From: Gammaproteobacteria bacterium
Lineage (GTDB): Bacteria > Pseudomonadota > Gammaproteobacteria > UBA6429 > Thiohalophilaceae
Assembly: GCA_024275115.1 (NCBI GenBank)
Contig: JAJRZT010000065.1
Span: 4,955-68,954 of the forward strand
Length of the DNA: 64,000 nucleotides
Direction: 5' to 3'
The position numbers and the translations under genes were made by a program. Of this stretch, positions 1 through 8,333 are shown in pieces (position 1 is the first letter of the stretch; each line of letters begins with the position of its first letter). A model generated the notes under the pieces. It was not told where the DNA came from. It made no database searches and saw nothing but the letters and a program-made list of their open reading frames with translations.

Positions 1-525
1 CCCATCATGTAATTCATAATACCGGGATAGAGCAGAAACAGAGCCAGGGCCAGGCTGCCGCCGAACAAGGCGGTAATGGCATAGGCCGTAAGACTGATTT
101 TCATAAACTCGTGAGCCATGTCATCGTAACGCGCATCGCCACTCTTGAAACCGATGAATTCGATGACAAACACGAAAAGGGGTACCGCTAATACCAGCGC
201 ACCGAAGAACAAATGCATCTGCGCCAACACCCACACTACCGAACGACTCGAAACACCAAAACGACGATAGGATTTGTCTGTCATCTTCGGTGCCGGTTCC
301 GGCTCGGCCAGCGCATTATCTGGCTGCGCTGCCACAGCTTCACTATAGAGTGGTGACTGAGCGGCAACCTGCACATAACCCGTGGGCGCTATGTTATCCT
401 CGATGGAGGAACCTGCCCATGCTACGCCAGCTATAACCACCACCAAATACAACAACAGACCAAACAACACCCTCCACAGCCAGTGGAAATGAGAATAGCT
501 GCGCTGTGTATAATCCGCGTTCATG
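1..525 (-). CDS. Cytochrome bd family subunit I (CydA)-like membrane protein, N-terminal part. The 3' end runs off the window.
   Basis: My own translation of the minus strand from ATG at 525 gives MNADYTQRSYSHFHWLW...AQMHLFFGALVLAVPLFVFVIEFIGFKSGDARYDDMAHEFMKISL... A GAGGAG RBS lies upstream. The pattern resembles the E. coli CydA N-terminus (..AMYHFLFVPLTLG..SGK..YKDM..FW.KL). It is absent from the ORF track because it is truncated at the window edge. Confidence 0.5.
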
Positions 526-561
526 TAGATCTCCTCGACTGTGGCCTATTGATGTTACTTG

Positions 562-708
562 TCATTGTTCTGGTGTCCATTGTGCTGGGGTCAGATCCCA
601 ATTCAGGGGCAAACCCTGCATACCCATAATGGAATGATTCAGGCCATAGAAAAACAGCAACACCAACACGAATGTGACCAGCCAGATCGTGATTGTTTTT
701 AACGACAT
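562..708 (-). CDS. 48-aa single-TM peptide (MSLKTITIWLVTFVLVLLFFYGLNH...) directly upstream of the CydA-like gene
   Basis: ATG at 708 is preceded by a GAGGAA RBS and the stop TGA is at 562-564. It has a hydrophobic core and sits between two co-oriented genes. It is below the 60-aa ORF-track cutoff. Confidence 0.45.
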   Translation of the reverse strand: MSLKTITIWLVTFVLVLLFFYGLNHSIMGMQGLPLNWDLTPAQWTPEQ

Positions 709-735
709 TCGCTATTCCTCAATTTAGGGTGTGCA

Positions 736-915
736 TCAACCATGGTGGGGCACCACACCATGGGAATAGATCAACAGCCACCAGAAAAACACCAGAGTAA
801 CCACTAGCACCCCGATAAATAATCCGAAACCCCAGGTGCTACCTGCCCCTGCCCCACCTGTACTTCTCTCTGGTTCTGGTTCTGTTGCTTTTGAATCGTT
901 TTCCAGTTTTGTCAT
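736..915 (-). CDS. 59-aa single-TM peptide (MTKLENDSKATEPEPER...FGLFIGVLVVTLVFFWWLLIYSHGVVPHHG)
   Basis: ORF track 736..924. The ATG at 915 has a GGTGG RBS 5 nt upstream, so it is preferred over the GTG at 924. It is the first gene behind the minus-strand sigma-54-type promoter. Confidence 0.45.
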   Translation of the reverse strand: MTKLENDSKATEPEPERSTGGAGAGSTWGFGLFIGVLVVTLVFFWWLLIYSHGVVPHHG

Positions 916-995
916 CAATACCACCTCGTTTGCCTAGTCGAACCTCTGAATAACAATAAGGGGACGCTAAATCACTAAATGCCTTTCCACGAAAT

Positions 996-1011
996 AGCAA
1001 CAACCGCGCCA
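996..1011 (-). promoter_or_regulatory. Sigma-54 (-24/-12) type promoter for the small-peptide/CydA-like operon
   Basis: The minus strand reads CTGGCGC-GGTTG-TTGCT, against the consensus TGGCAC-N5-TTGCW. GG and GC have correct spacing and there is one mismatch. It lies about 70-85 nt upstream of the first start codon. Confidence 0.5.
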
Positions 1012-1197
1012 GCTATGCAAAATAACCATAACTCCCTGTTAATATTTGTTTTTAATTTTTTTCCTGAAATCAGAAAGGTCTGAAATTGAACAATCCATTC
1101 ACACACAACATCACCCAAACGTCATATGTTTCACTTTTTCTCCAGCTTGAGCGGAGGCCAAGTGCCCTATAAACAGAGATATACGGGTTAACAAACT

Positions 1198-1244
1198 GAA
1201 CAAACCGTTCCATGACCGGTCATGGCTTATGGAACGAAACGTTC
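1198..1244. promoter_or_regulatory. Compound palindrome, a candidate enhancer (UAS) for the NtrC-type activator
   Basis: GAACaaaccGTTC (1198-1210) is followed by the perfect 16-bp palindrome CCATGACCGGTCATGG (1210-1225) and GAACgaaacGTTC (1232-1244). It sits between the two divergent -24/-12 elements, separated from each by an AT-rich tract. Confidence 0.4.
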
Positions 1245-1322
1245 AAACCAGCGCCTGAAAACAACCAGGAATAATCACTTATATCTTTGTTTAAATAAGA
1301 TTTTTTTTGTTTCTTTATAGTG

Positions 1323-1339
1323 CGGCATAGTATGTGCAT
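1323..1339 (+). promoter_or_regulatory. Sigma-54 (-24/-12) like promoter for the HEAT-repeat operon
   Basis: cGGCAT-AGTAT-GTGCAt. The invariant GG (1324-1325) and GC (1336-1337) are at consensus spacing. It lies about 40 nt upstream of ATG 1379, which has a GGAGAA RBS. Confidence 0.4.
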
Positions 1340-1378
1340 CAGCCCAGTTCATAATGAACCACATCGGAGAACTGGAAG

Positions 1379-3784
1379 ATGACGGCCAAAAACAAAACCA
1401 TCACCGCCATTCGTGGCCTGCTCGCCAAGGGTGATGCCACAGACCGTTGCACCAGCTGTCGCGTTCTGGGGGTTCTGGGTGACAACACAGCGGTTGCCGA
1501 CCTGGTGGAACGTCTACGGGATGAGGACATCGATGTATGTGTGGATGCCGCCGAGGCTCTGGGTCGTATCGGTGATCCCGACAGCCTGACGCCTCTGCTG
1601 GAATCGTTGGATCATGACCCCAGCGGTGAAGTACGCACCGCCGTCATTAGCGCCCTGGGCACCTTTGATGATCCACGCGTCAATACTGCACTCATGCAAA
1701 TCATTGCTGATCGTCCGAATGACCTGGAATGGGATGGTGACTGGGATCCCTGGTGGGATATCCAGCTGCGCGCTGTTGAAATACTGGGACTTAAGCAGGC
1801 CTCGGAGGCAGTACCTGTATTATCGACTCTGCTGAACGATGAAGACATGCAGGACATTGAAAGTGAAACCCTTAAAGCCCTGGCGCAAATGGGTAAGCCC
1901 GGCGTAAAAATACTGGCTCACCGCTTACATCATGGCACTACCCGACAACGCCGGCGTGCCGCCCATGCCATGGCCTACGCGGACAATTCCGAGGTAACAC
2001 GTATTCTGGGGCAGTCGCTGCAAGATGCCAGTGCCGATGTGCGCATCGCCGCTATAGAAAGTCTGGCACAACTGCAAGTCAAGCACTATCTGGGTGTGAT
2101 TCTATTATTGATGCGAGACACCAGTGCCGATGTGCGAAATGCCGCACTTAAAGCGGCCATGGTATTAAGCCAACTGGAAGGCAGCAGCGGCATTACTACA
2201 GACCAACTCAAAAACTTACTGGCGGATCAAAGCAAGCAGGTTCGCTTGACCGCGCTGCAAGCCGTGGGTACTTCCACAGCAAGACCCTTACCGGTGGAAC
2301 TCACCAGTGTCATAGGTATATGTTTACAGGATCCTGATAGTGAAGTCGTGGCAATGGCGTGCGAATTATTATCCGAGGTAGCGGAACCAAGTCTATTGAA
2401 TGAGTTGATAACAATCATCAAGGACTCCAATCGTAATGAGCGCGTTAGGCGTGCAGCCGCGTTGGCCCTGGGTAAAATCACAGGTCAACATGAAAAAACC
2501 AACAGCGAAGTCATACAGGTATTCATGATGGTAGCAATGGACGAAGCGGCCGTCGTGCGGGTCGTCGCCATGCAAACTCTGGTGGAACTGGAGTCTGCTG
2601 ATCATGGCGACGAACAATCCCCTCTGGCATTCGTGATCGATTTATTACGCGGGGATTTCCTGCAAGACACACCCACACCACAACCCCATAAGTCCGACAA
2701 CATCGTTGTACCATTCACTGACACACCTGAAACGAAACCAGCTCATGGCAACACACAGCCAGAAGAGACTGCACACATGGAATATATTGACGTCGATACC
2801 GACGAGGAATTTGCCGAGCCGCCACTGGCGACCTCCACCCTGGCCGCCATCACCATAGACAACGTAGAGACTGCGATATTGCTCGATCAGCATGCGGAAC
2901 CTGAGGTGCAACAGACCGCAGAGAACGATGAGTCCTTGCAGGAATACGAGGAAATCGTGCGCAAGAATGCGGCTGCCGGCGAGTGGCTCCTGGCCAGTCG
3001 CAAGAAGCCTGCCCTGCATCAGCAGATTCGATGCACCGCCGCACGTATGCTGGCCTCCAGTAACAACAAGACAGTGATCAACGCGCTGATTGAAACACTG
3101 AGCGACCCGGATGATGAGTTACGCCGCGAATGCGCCGATGCCATTAGCATTATCGCCCATCGTCATCCGCAAACTGTCGGTCTGATGAATGCCTTTGGTG
3201 CCTTGCTAACGCAATTACACAGTGAGCACCTGGATCTACGCCTCGCCTGTCTACGTGCTCTGGAAGCCCTGGGTAATCGTGCAGCGCTGCCCATGATTTT
3301 AGAACTGGGGGATGATAAGGAAGCCAGTGTGCGCATTCAGTCCATCCGCAGCCTGGTCACATTAGCAACACAAGCTGCGGATCCACAGCAAACAGACCAC
3401 ATGGTACTGGAAGAAATCGAACCACAGGTTATTACCAGGCTATTGTTCAACAGCCTTGATGATTCCGCATCCGGGGTACGCAGCGCCACCATCCGCGGCC
3501 TGCTCAGCTGGCTCAAACACAACCCTGAACTGTGCACAGATGAGAAAATGCAAATACTGACCAACCGGATGCTGGATGCCGCGCTGAGCAGCGATGGCAG
3601 TCAGGCACGGGAAATGGGCCGCGCCCTGCGTTTGCTGGATCCAGAACTCAGTGTAGAACCAATATTGCAGCGTTTACAGGCACTGGATGACAGCGCACTG
3701 CGGCGTTTTGTTCTGGAAGTGCTGGAGGAACTGTATCGCCCTGAAACTCCAGACCCACTGTTATTAACAGGACGAGCCGCGTAA
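1379..3784 (+). CDS. HEAT / PBS-lyase-type repeat protein (801 aa) with a central acidic linker
   Basis: The motif ..VR..A..ALG.IGD.. recurs many times (e.g. VCVDAAEALGRIGDPDSLTPLL, VRTAVISALGTFDD, VRRAAALALGKI, LRRECADAISII). An acidic low-complexity segment (..EEFAEPPLA..AENDESLQEYEE..) lies mid-protein. Confidence 0.8.
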   Translation: MTAKNKTITAIRGLLAKGDATDRCTSCRVLGVLGDNTAVADLVERLRDEDIDVCVDAAEALGRIGDPDSLTPLLESLDHDPSGEVRTAVISALGTFDDPRVNTALMQIIADRPNDLEWDGDWDPWWDIQLRAVEILGLKQASEAVPVLSTLLNDEDMQDIESETLKALAQMGKPGVKILAHRLHHGTTRQRRRAAHAMAYADNSEVTRILGQSLQDASADVRIAAIESLAQLQVKHYLGVILLLMRDTSADVRNAALKAAMVLSQLEGSSGITTDQLKNLLADQSKQVRLTALQAVGTSTARPLPVELTSVIGICLQDPDSEVVAMACELLSEVAEPSLLNELITIIKDSNRNERVRRAAALALGKITGQHEKTNSEVIQVFMMVAMDEAAVVRVVAMQTLVELESADHGDEQSPLAFVIDLLRGDFLQDTPTPQPHKSDNIVVPFTDTPETKPAHGNTQPEETAHMEYIDVDTDEEFAEPPLATSTLAAITIDNVETAILLDQHAEPEVQQTAENDESLQEYEEIVRKNAAAGEWLLASRKKPALHQQIRCTAARMLASSNNKTVINALIETLSDPDDELRRECADAISIIAHRHPQTVGLMNAFGALLTQLHSEHLDLRLACLRALEALGNRAALPMILELGDDKEASVRIQSIRSLVTLATQAADPQQTDHMVLEEIEPQVITRLLFNSLDDSASGVRSATIRGLLSWLKHNPELCTDEKMQILTNRMLDAALSSDGSQAREMGRALRLLDPELSVEPILQRLQALDDSALRRFVLEVLEELYRPETPDPLLLTGRAA

Positions 3785-3887
3785 TAATGAAGCGCTATTT
3801 GATTTCAGTCTGTATCGGCTTATTTAACAAACACATTTGCATAGCATCAGGCGCAAGCGCCTCTTACCCTTATAGGAGAAACAACCC

Positions 3888-4621
3888 ATGAAGACAGCAA
3901 CTCACTTTTTACCCTTATTCCTGTCCCTGGCATTACCGCTCACTGCTCATGCGGCAGCCTACCAGGTAACTACGGTCAAGGACGGCAGCAGCATCAGCGG
4001 CAAGGTCACCTTCAGTGGTAAAGATCCGGCACCCCGCATATACAACATCACAAAAGACAACGAGGTATGTGGCACCGGCAACCGTGAAGTGGATTTTGTC
4101 AAAGTCAGCAAAGGCGGGCTTAGTGATGTCGTGGTCTACCTGGACAAAGTGAAAACTGGCAAAGCTTCACCGATGGTGCCGGCAAACTTAATCAGAAAGG
4201 CTGCGAGTTTACTCCGTTTCTGCAGGTCATGATCAACAAGAGAAATCTCGATGTCCTCAATTCGGATCCTGTTATGCATAACGTACACACCTATGAGCTC
4301 ATGGGCAGCGCTAAACGCACCGTAATCAACATCAGCCAGCCGAATCAAGGCAGCAACATTTCCAAAAAAATTAAACTGCGCCGCGGTGATGCCATGAAGA
4401 TCGAATGCGACGCACATGACTTCATGCACGGCTTTGTATTTGTCGCCCGTAACCCCTACTACGCGGTAGTGAAAAAAGATGGAAGCTTCACCATCGACAA
4501 CGTCCCAGCGGGAAAATATACCATCAATGCCTGGCACGGCACACTTGGCAAACAGAAAGCTAAAGTTTCTGTGGGCGCCAATGGCAAGGTCAGTGTGAAC
4601 TTTGCCTTCAAGGACAAGTAA
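3888..4621 (+). pseudogene. Periplasmic cupredoxin-like protein with a C-terminal carboxypeptidase-regulatory-like beta domain, split by an apparent 1-nt frameshift near 4160-4170
   Basis: ORFs 3888..4232 and 4229..4621 are two halves of one protein. Read upstream, the second frame gives ..FTDGAGKLNQKGCEFTPFLQVMINKRNLDVLNSDPVMHNVH.., continuing ..VVVYLDKVKTGKA from the first frame. It has a signal peptide (LPLTAHAAA), Cu-site-like residues (HNVH; CDAHDFMHG) and the motif DGSFTIDNVPAGKYTINAWH. Confidence 0.65.
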
Positions 4622-4779
4622 TGGGCGTCACAACAACAGACAACAGCGGCAACCCGGGTGGTTTAAACACCCGTGGTTTTTTCCGCCGCCTGACCCCCTT
4701 CGACTACCTGGTGCTGCTGGGAGGCGTCATTAACCTGCTGGTAGTGGGTTTTATCGTTGGATCCTGGCTGCTGCACTAG
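4621..4779 (+). CDS. 52-aa single-TM peptide (MGVTTTDNSGNPGGLNTRGFFRRLTPFDYLVLLGGVINLLVVGFIVGSWLLH)
   Basis: Its ATG overlaps the upstream TAA stop (TAATG at 4619-4623). Codon style is GC3-rich like its neighbours and the C-terminus is hydrophobic. It is below the ORF-track size cutoff. Confidence 0.4.
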   Translation: MGVTTTDNSGNPGGLNTRGFFRRLTPFDYLVLLGGVINLLVVGFIVGSWLLH

Positions 4780-4819
4780 CCGCAACATAACAAACAGCAA
4801 ACAAAGGGAATCCCACAAC

Positions 4820-7015
4820 ATGCCCACTGAAAGCGCAGAAATATTGGAAACCACGGAACCCTTACCTGTCTATCGATCTATCCTGCTGGCCACTGACTCC
4901 TCGGATCATGCCAACCGCAGCATCCTGGAAGCGGTGGTGGTGGCCGGACAATATAATGCCAGGGTGACAGGCACCCATGTATATGCCGCGAAGATGCATG
5001 ATATGCGCTTTCGGCAAATGGAGGGCGGGCTGCCGGAACAGTTTCGTGAAGAACAGGAACTGGAACGTCAACGGGATGTGCATGATGATCTGATCACCCG
5101 CGGCCTTTCCATCATCACGGACTCTTATCTGGATCAGGTCAGTCGCACATGTGCAACGAGCGCCATTCCTTTCGCCCGGCGCTCACTGGAAGGTAAAAAT
5201 TACCGGCAATTGGTTAATGAAACCAACTCCGGTGAGTATGATCTACTCATTCTCGGTGCGCTGGGACTCGGTGCCGTACAGGGCAGCCGCCTTGGTACGG
5301 TTTGCCATCGGGTGGCTCGACGTACGGATATCGATACCCTGATTATCAAACAACCCAAACAATCCATAGCCGCAGGGCCAATCGTAGTCGCCATTGATGG
5401 TTCCGCACGCGCTTATGGTGGACTCTTAACCGCACTTTCCTTTGCTGCACATTGGCAGGTTCCGGTCAAAGTTGTCTCCGCCTTTGACCCCTATTACCAC
5501 TATGTAGCCTTCAACCGTATCGCCGGTGTATTGTCCGAAGAGGCCGGCAAGGTATTCAAGTTCAAGGAACAGGAAAAGCTGCACGAAGAAATTATCGATT
5601 CGGGGCTGGCCAGGATCTACCAGGGCCACCTGGACGTAGCCACCTCCATCGCCGCAGAACATGGCATTGATATAGACACTGAACTACTGGTCGGCAAACC
5701 CCATCATATAATTCATGAATATGTACGCCAGCACAAACCCTCCCTGCTGGTACTGGGTAAAGTGGGCATCCATGCCGATCCGGATCTGGATATCGGTGGC
5801 AACACGGAATATTTATTAGAGGACGTGGGCTGTGCCGTATTACTGAGTCAACGCACCCACAAACCACGTCTGGATGTATTGGCCGATGTCACCACCACCT
5901 GGACTCACGAAGCCGAACAGCGTATGCAGAAGGTACCCGACTTTGTACAAAGCATGGCTCGCATGGCCATCCTGCGTTATGCCCAGGAGCTCGGCCATAC
6001 CGTCATCACGGCAAATATTGTCGAAGAAGCCACGGCGCAACTTATGCCTAGACATGCAGAAAGCGCCATGGAAGAAATCGTCAGCGCCTATGATGCCGGC
6101 GAATTAAAACGCAATGAAAACACCGTTCCTGAAATCGGTGTCGCCATGCAATGGAGCGATGCAGCAAGCACGCTACTGGACACCATTGAAGCTCCCACGG
6201 TACGCCAGAACCTGCGCATTCGTGCCGAGAAAAAGGCCCGTACCGAAGGTGCAACACAGGTAAAGAAACAACACATCGAACACTTCATCAGCGCTACAGA
6301 AGGTAAGAGCACAGGAGAATCCAGTGAAATCCATCTGCACTGGCAAGCCGATGCCCTTGCACGCCTGACACGGGTACCGGAAGGCTTTATGCGCGACAAG
6401 TCCCGAGAGCGCATCGAAGACTTCGCCCGCAGCCAGGGGATTACCCAAATTAATCTTGATGTCGCGGAACAGGGTCTGGCCGAAGCACGCAAAGCCATGG
6501 AGTCCCAAATGCAAAGTGACGGGGATGCCGCCGCGGCGGTAAAAACCAGAACCGGTGACAGCAAATGCCCCTTCGCACATATGGCACAAACCATCCCTAC
6601 GGGCGAAAAAACCAGTGAGTCTTTCGCCAGCATGGCATGGAGCCCTGAAGCGAAGCTGGAACTTGAGCGGGTACCCACGGGATTCTGCCGCGACATGACC
6701 CGCAAGGCGGCCGAAACCATTGCGGCCAAAAAAGGTACCGCTACCATTGAAGCAAGTTTTGTGGAAACCGTCATGAATGTCTTTGAGTCGGGATCCAGTA
6801 AAGCACAGGAAACCCTGCCCTGGGATGATGCCGCACGTGCGCGCATTCAGAAAGCGCCGGATATGATCTGCGGTATGTTGCTAAAAGAAATCGAAGCCTG
6901 GGCACAACGCCATGATCTGTCACACGTAAACGAGGCGGCGGTCAGTGCCGTAAAGGCACAATGGCAGGACGAAGGCCAGTTTCACCTGGAGCCCACCGAT
7001 CCACGGCGTGGTTAA
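4820..7015 (+). CDS. Tandem universal-stress-protein (UspA) domains fused to five PCP_red-like (BchB/ChlB C-terminal type) modules
   Basis: ORF track 4757..7015. The ATG at 4820 (MPTESAEIL) has an AGGGA RBS. The N-terminal half has two USP-like units (ILLATDSS..., LLILGALGLG; IVVAIDGS..., LLVLGKVGIH). The C-terminal half has five repeats built on W-x2-[ED]A-x3-L-x3-P-x-F..R....E.[FY]A...G, with the conserved W codons at 5900, 6152, 6341, 6638 and 6821. Confidence 0.8.
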   Translation: MPTESAEILETTEPLPVYRSILLATDSSDHANRSILEAVVVAGQYNARVTGTHVYAAKMHDMRFRQMEGGLPEQFREEQELERQRDVHDDLITRGLSIITDSYLDQVSRTCATSAIPFARRSLEGKNYRQLVNETNSGEYDLLILGALGLGAVQGSRLGTVCHRVARRTDIDTLIIKQPKQSIAAGPIVVAIDGSARAYGGLLTALSFAAHWQVPVKVVSAFDPYYHYVAFNRIAGVLSEEAGKVFKFKEQEKLHEEIIDSGLARIYQGHLDVATSIAAEHGIDIDTELLVGKPHHIIHEYVRQHKPSLLVLGKVGIHADPDLDIGGNTEYLLEDVGCAVLLSQRTHKPRLDVLADVTTTWTHEAEQRMQKVPDFVQSMARMAILRYAQELGHTVITANIVEEATAQLMPRHAESAMEEIVSAYDAGELKRNENTVPEIGVAMQWSDAASTLLDTIEAPTVRQNLRIRAEKKARTEGATQVKKQHIEHFISATEGKSTGESSEIHLHWQADALARLTRVPEGFMRDKSRERIEDFARSQGITQINLDVAEQGLAEARKAMESQMQSDGDAAAAVKTRTGDSKCPFAHMAQTIPTGEKTSESFASMAWSPEAKLELERVPTGFCRDMTRKAAETIAAKKGTATIEASFVETVMNVFESGSSKAQETLPWDDAARARIQKAPDMICGMLLKEIEAWAQRHDLSHVNEAAVSAVKAQWQDEGQFHLEPTDPRRG

Positions 7016-8333
7016 GCAGACGAATACCATGACCCTCGCAACCCAAACGGAAAACGATCTTTATCTGCTTGCGGTAAATATGACCCGCCGTTGCAATCTG
7101 AATTGCGCCCATTGTTATCTGGATGCAAAAACATTGCGCGAAAGCGGTGAAGATGAACTAACCACCACGGAGGTCTGCAATCTGCTGGACCAGGTGGCCG
7201 AACATAACCCGGAAACTATGGTGGTACTCACCGGCGGCGAACCTCTGATACGCAAGGATCTCGAAACCATGCTGACCCATGGTTCAGAATGTGGTCTATT
7301 CATGGTGATCGGCACCAACGGCATGATGCTTACGGAACGCCGGGTGCAATCCCTGCAGGCCGCTGGCGCCATGGGTTGTGGCATCAGCCTGGATTCCCTC
7401 GACCCTGCGCAACACGATGCCTTCCGCGGTTATCCCGGTGCCTGGCAAAAAACCATGGCAGGCATGGAAAACTGTCGTCGTCATGACCTGTCGTTTCAGG
7501 TTCATTTCTCCGTTACTGAAGCCAATGCTGCGGAAGTACCCGCCATGGTGGATTTCGCCCGTGCCTGTGGTGCGCGCGTATTGAATTTCTTTTTCCTGGT
7601 ATGCACAGGCCGTGGCGAATCCATGTCAGACATCAGCCCCATGGCCTATGAACGCGTGCTCAATCAGATACTGGATACCCAGGAACACAGTGAAGACTTG
7701 ATCATCCGTGCCCGCTGTGCACCCCACTTTCAACGCATCGCCCATCAACGCAATCCAGATTCACTGCTTACCCGAGCACAGGGTTATGACGGCAGCAGTT
7801 GTATTGCGGCCACCCACTACTGTCGCATCACACCGGAAGGTGGTGTCACTGCCTGTCCTTATATCCCCGACGAGGTGGGCAATATCCGCCAACAGACCTT
7901 CAAGGATATCTGGGAACAGGCACCGGGTCTGCAACAACTGCGTCAACCTCAACTGCAAGGCAAATGTGGACGTTGTGAATATATCCAACTGTGCGGCGGT
8001 TGCCGCGCCCGTGCCCTGGCAATGGAAGGCGACCTCATGCAGACCGACCCCTGGTGCCATTATATACCCCAGGAAGGCTCGGTCATCGTGCCTTTCACCG
8101 AACACGCTGATACGCTTCCGTGGAGTCAGGAGGCGCAACAACGACTGCAACGTATTCCCGCCTTTCTGCGCAAGATGGTGAAGAAACGTGCAGAAAGCTA
8201 CGTACGGGAACAGGGTGAGCAAGAGGTCAACATCACGCACCTGGCCACCTTGGTGGAAAAGCGCTTTGGTAAAAACGGTCCACCAGCAGCCCTCAAGGCG
8301 AAAATCAAAACACAGAGTACGCACCATGGATGA
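7008..8333 (+). CDS. Radical SAM/SPASM enzyme of NirJ/AhbC/AhbD type with a C-terminal PCP_red-like module
   Basis: It has a CNLNCAHCY (CxxxCxxC) cluster motif, a GGEPL motif and a Cys-rich SPASM region (..CPYIPDEVGNI..CGRCEYIQLCGGCRARA). The C-terminus reads LPWSQEAQQRLQRIPAFLRKMVKKRAESYVREQG. The start is GTG 7008 or ATG 7029. Confidence 0.85.
   Translation: MVKQTNTMTLATQTENDLYLLAVNMTRRCNLNCAHCYLDAKTLRESGEDELTTTEVCNLLDQVAEHNPETMVVLTGGEPLIRKDLETMLTHGSECGLFMVIGTNGMMLTERRVQSLQAAGAMGCGISLDSLDPAQHDAFRGYPGAWQKTMAGMENCRRHDLSFQVHFSVTEANAAEVPAMVDFARACGARVLNFFFLVCTGRGESMSDISPMAYERVLNQILDTQEHSEDLIIRARCAPHFQRIAHQRNPDSLLTRAQGYDGSSCIAATHYCRITPEGGVTACPYIPDEVGNIRQQTFKDIWEQAPGLQQLRQPQLQGKCGRCEYIQLCGGCRARALAMEGDLMQTDPWCHYIPQEGSVIVPFTEHADTLPWSQEAQQRLQRIPAFLRKMVKKRAESYVREQGEQEVNITHLATLVEKRFGKNGPPAALKAKIKTQSTHHG

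Noticed and set aside
4757-4819. Upstream start (non-ATG) of the USP/PCP_red ORF
   Set aside because: It overlaps the 52-aa micro-ORF, has no RBS, and reads as non-USP-like sequence. ATG 4820 has an AGGGA RBS.
6088-6846. 252-aa antisense ORF, together with 6173..6589, 5592..5867 and 5426..5662
   Set aside because: These are shadow ORFs on the opposite strand of a gene with clear domain content. They are Ala/Ser/Arg-rich low-complexity translations typical of GC-rich antisense frames.
8188-8325. N-terminal 46-codon extension of the HemY-like ORF as listed in the ORF track
   Set aside because: It lies entirely inside the radical SAM gene in another frame. The in-frame ATG at 8326 directly precedes the GGGISG dinucleotide-binding motif and forms an ATGGATGA overlap with the upstream stop.
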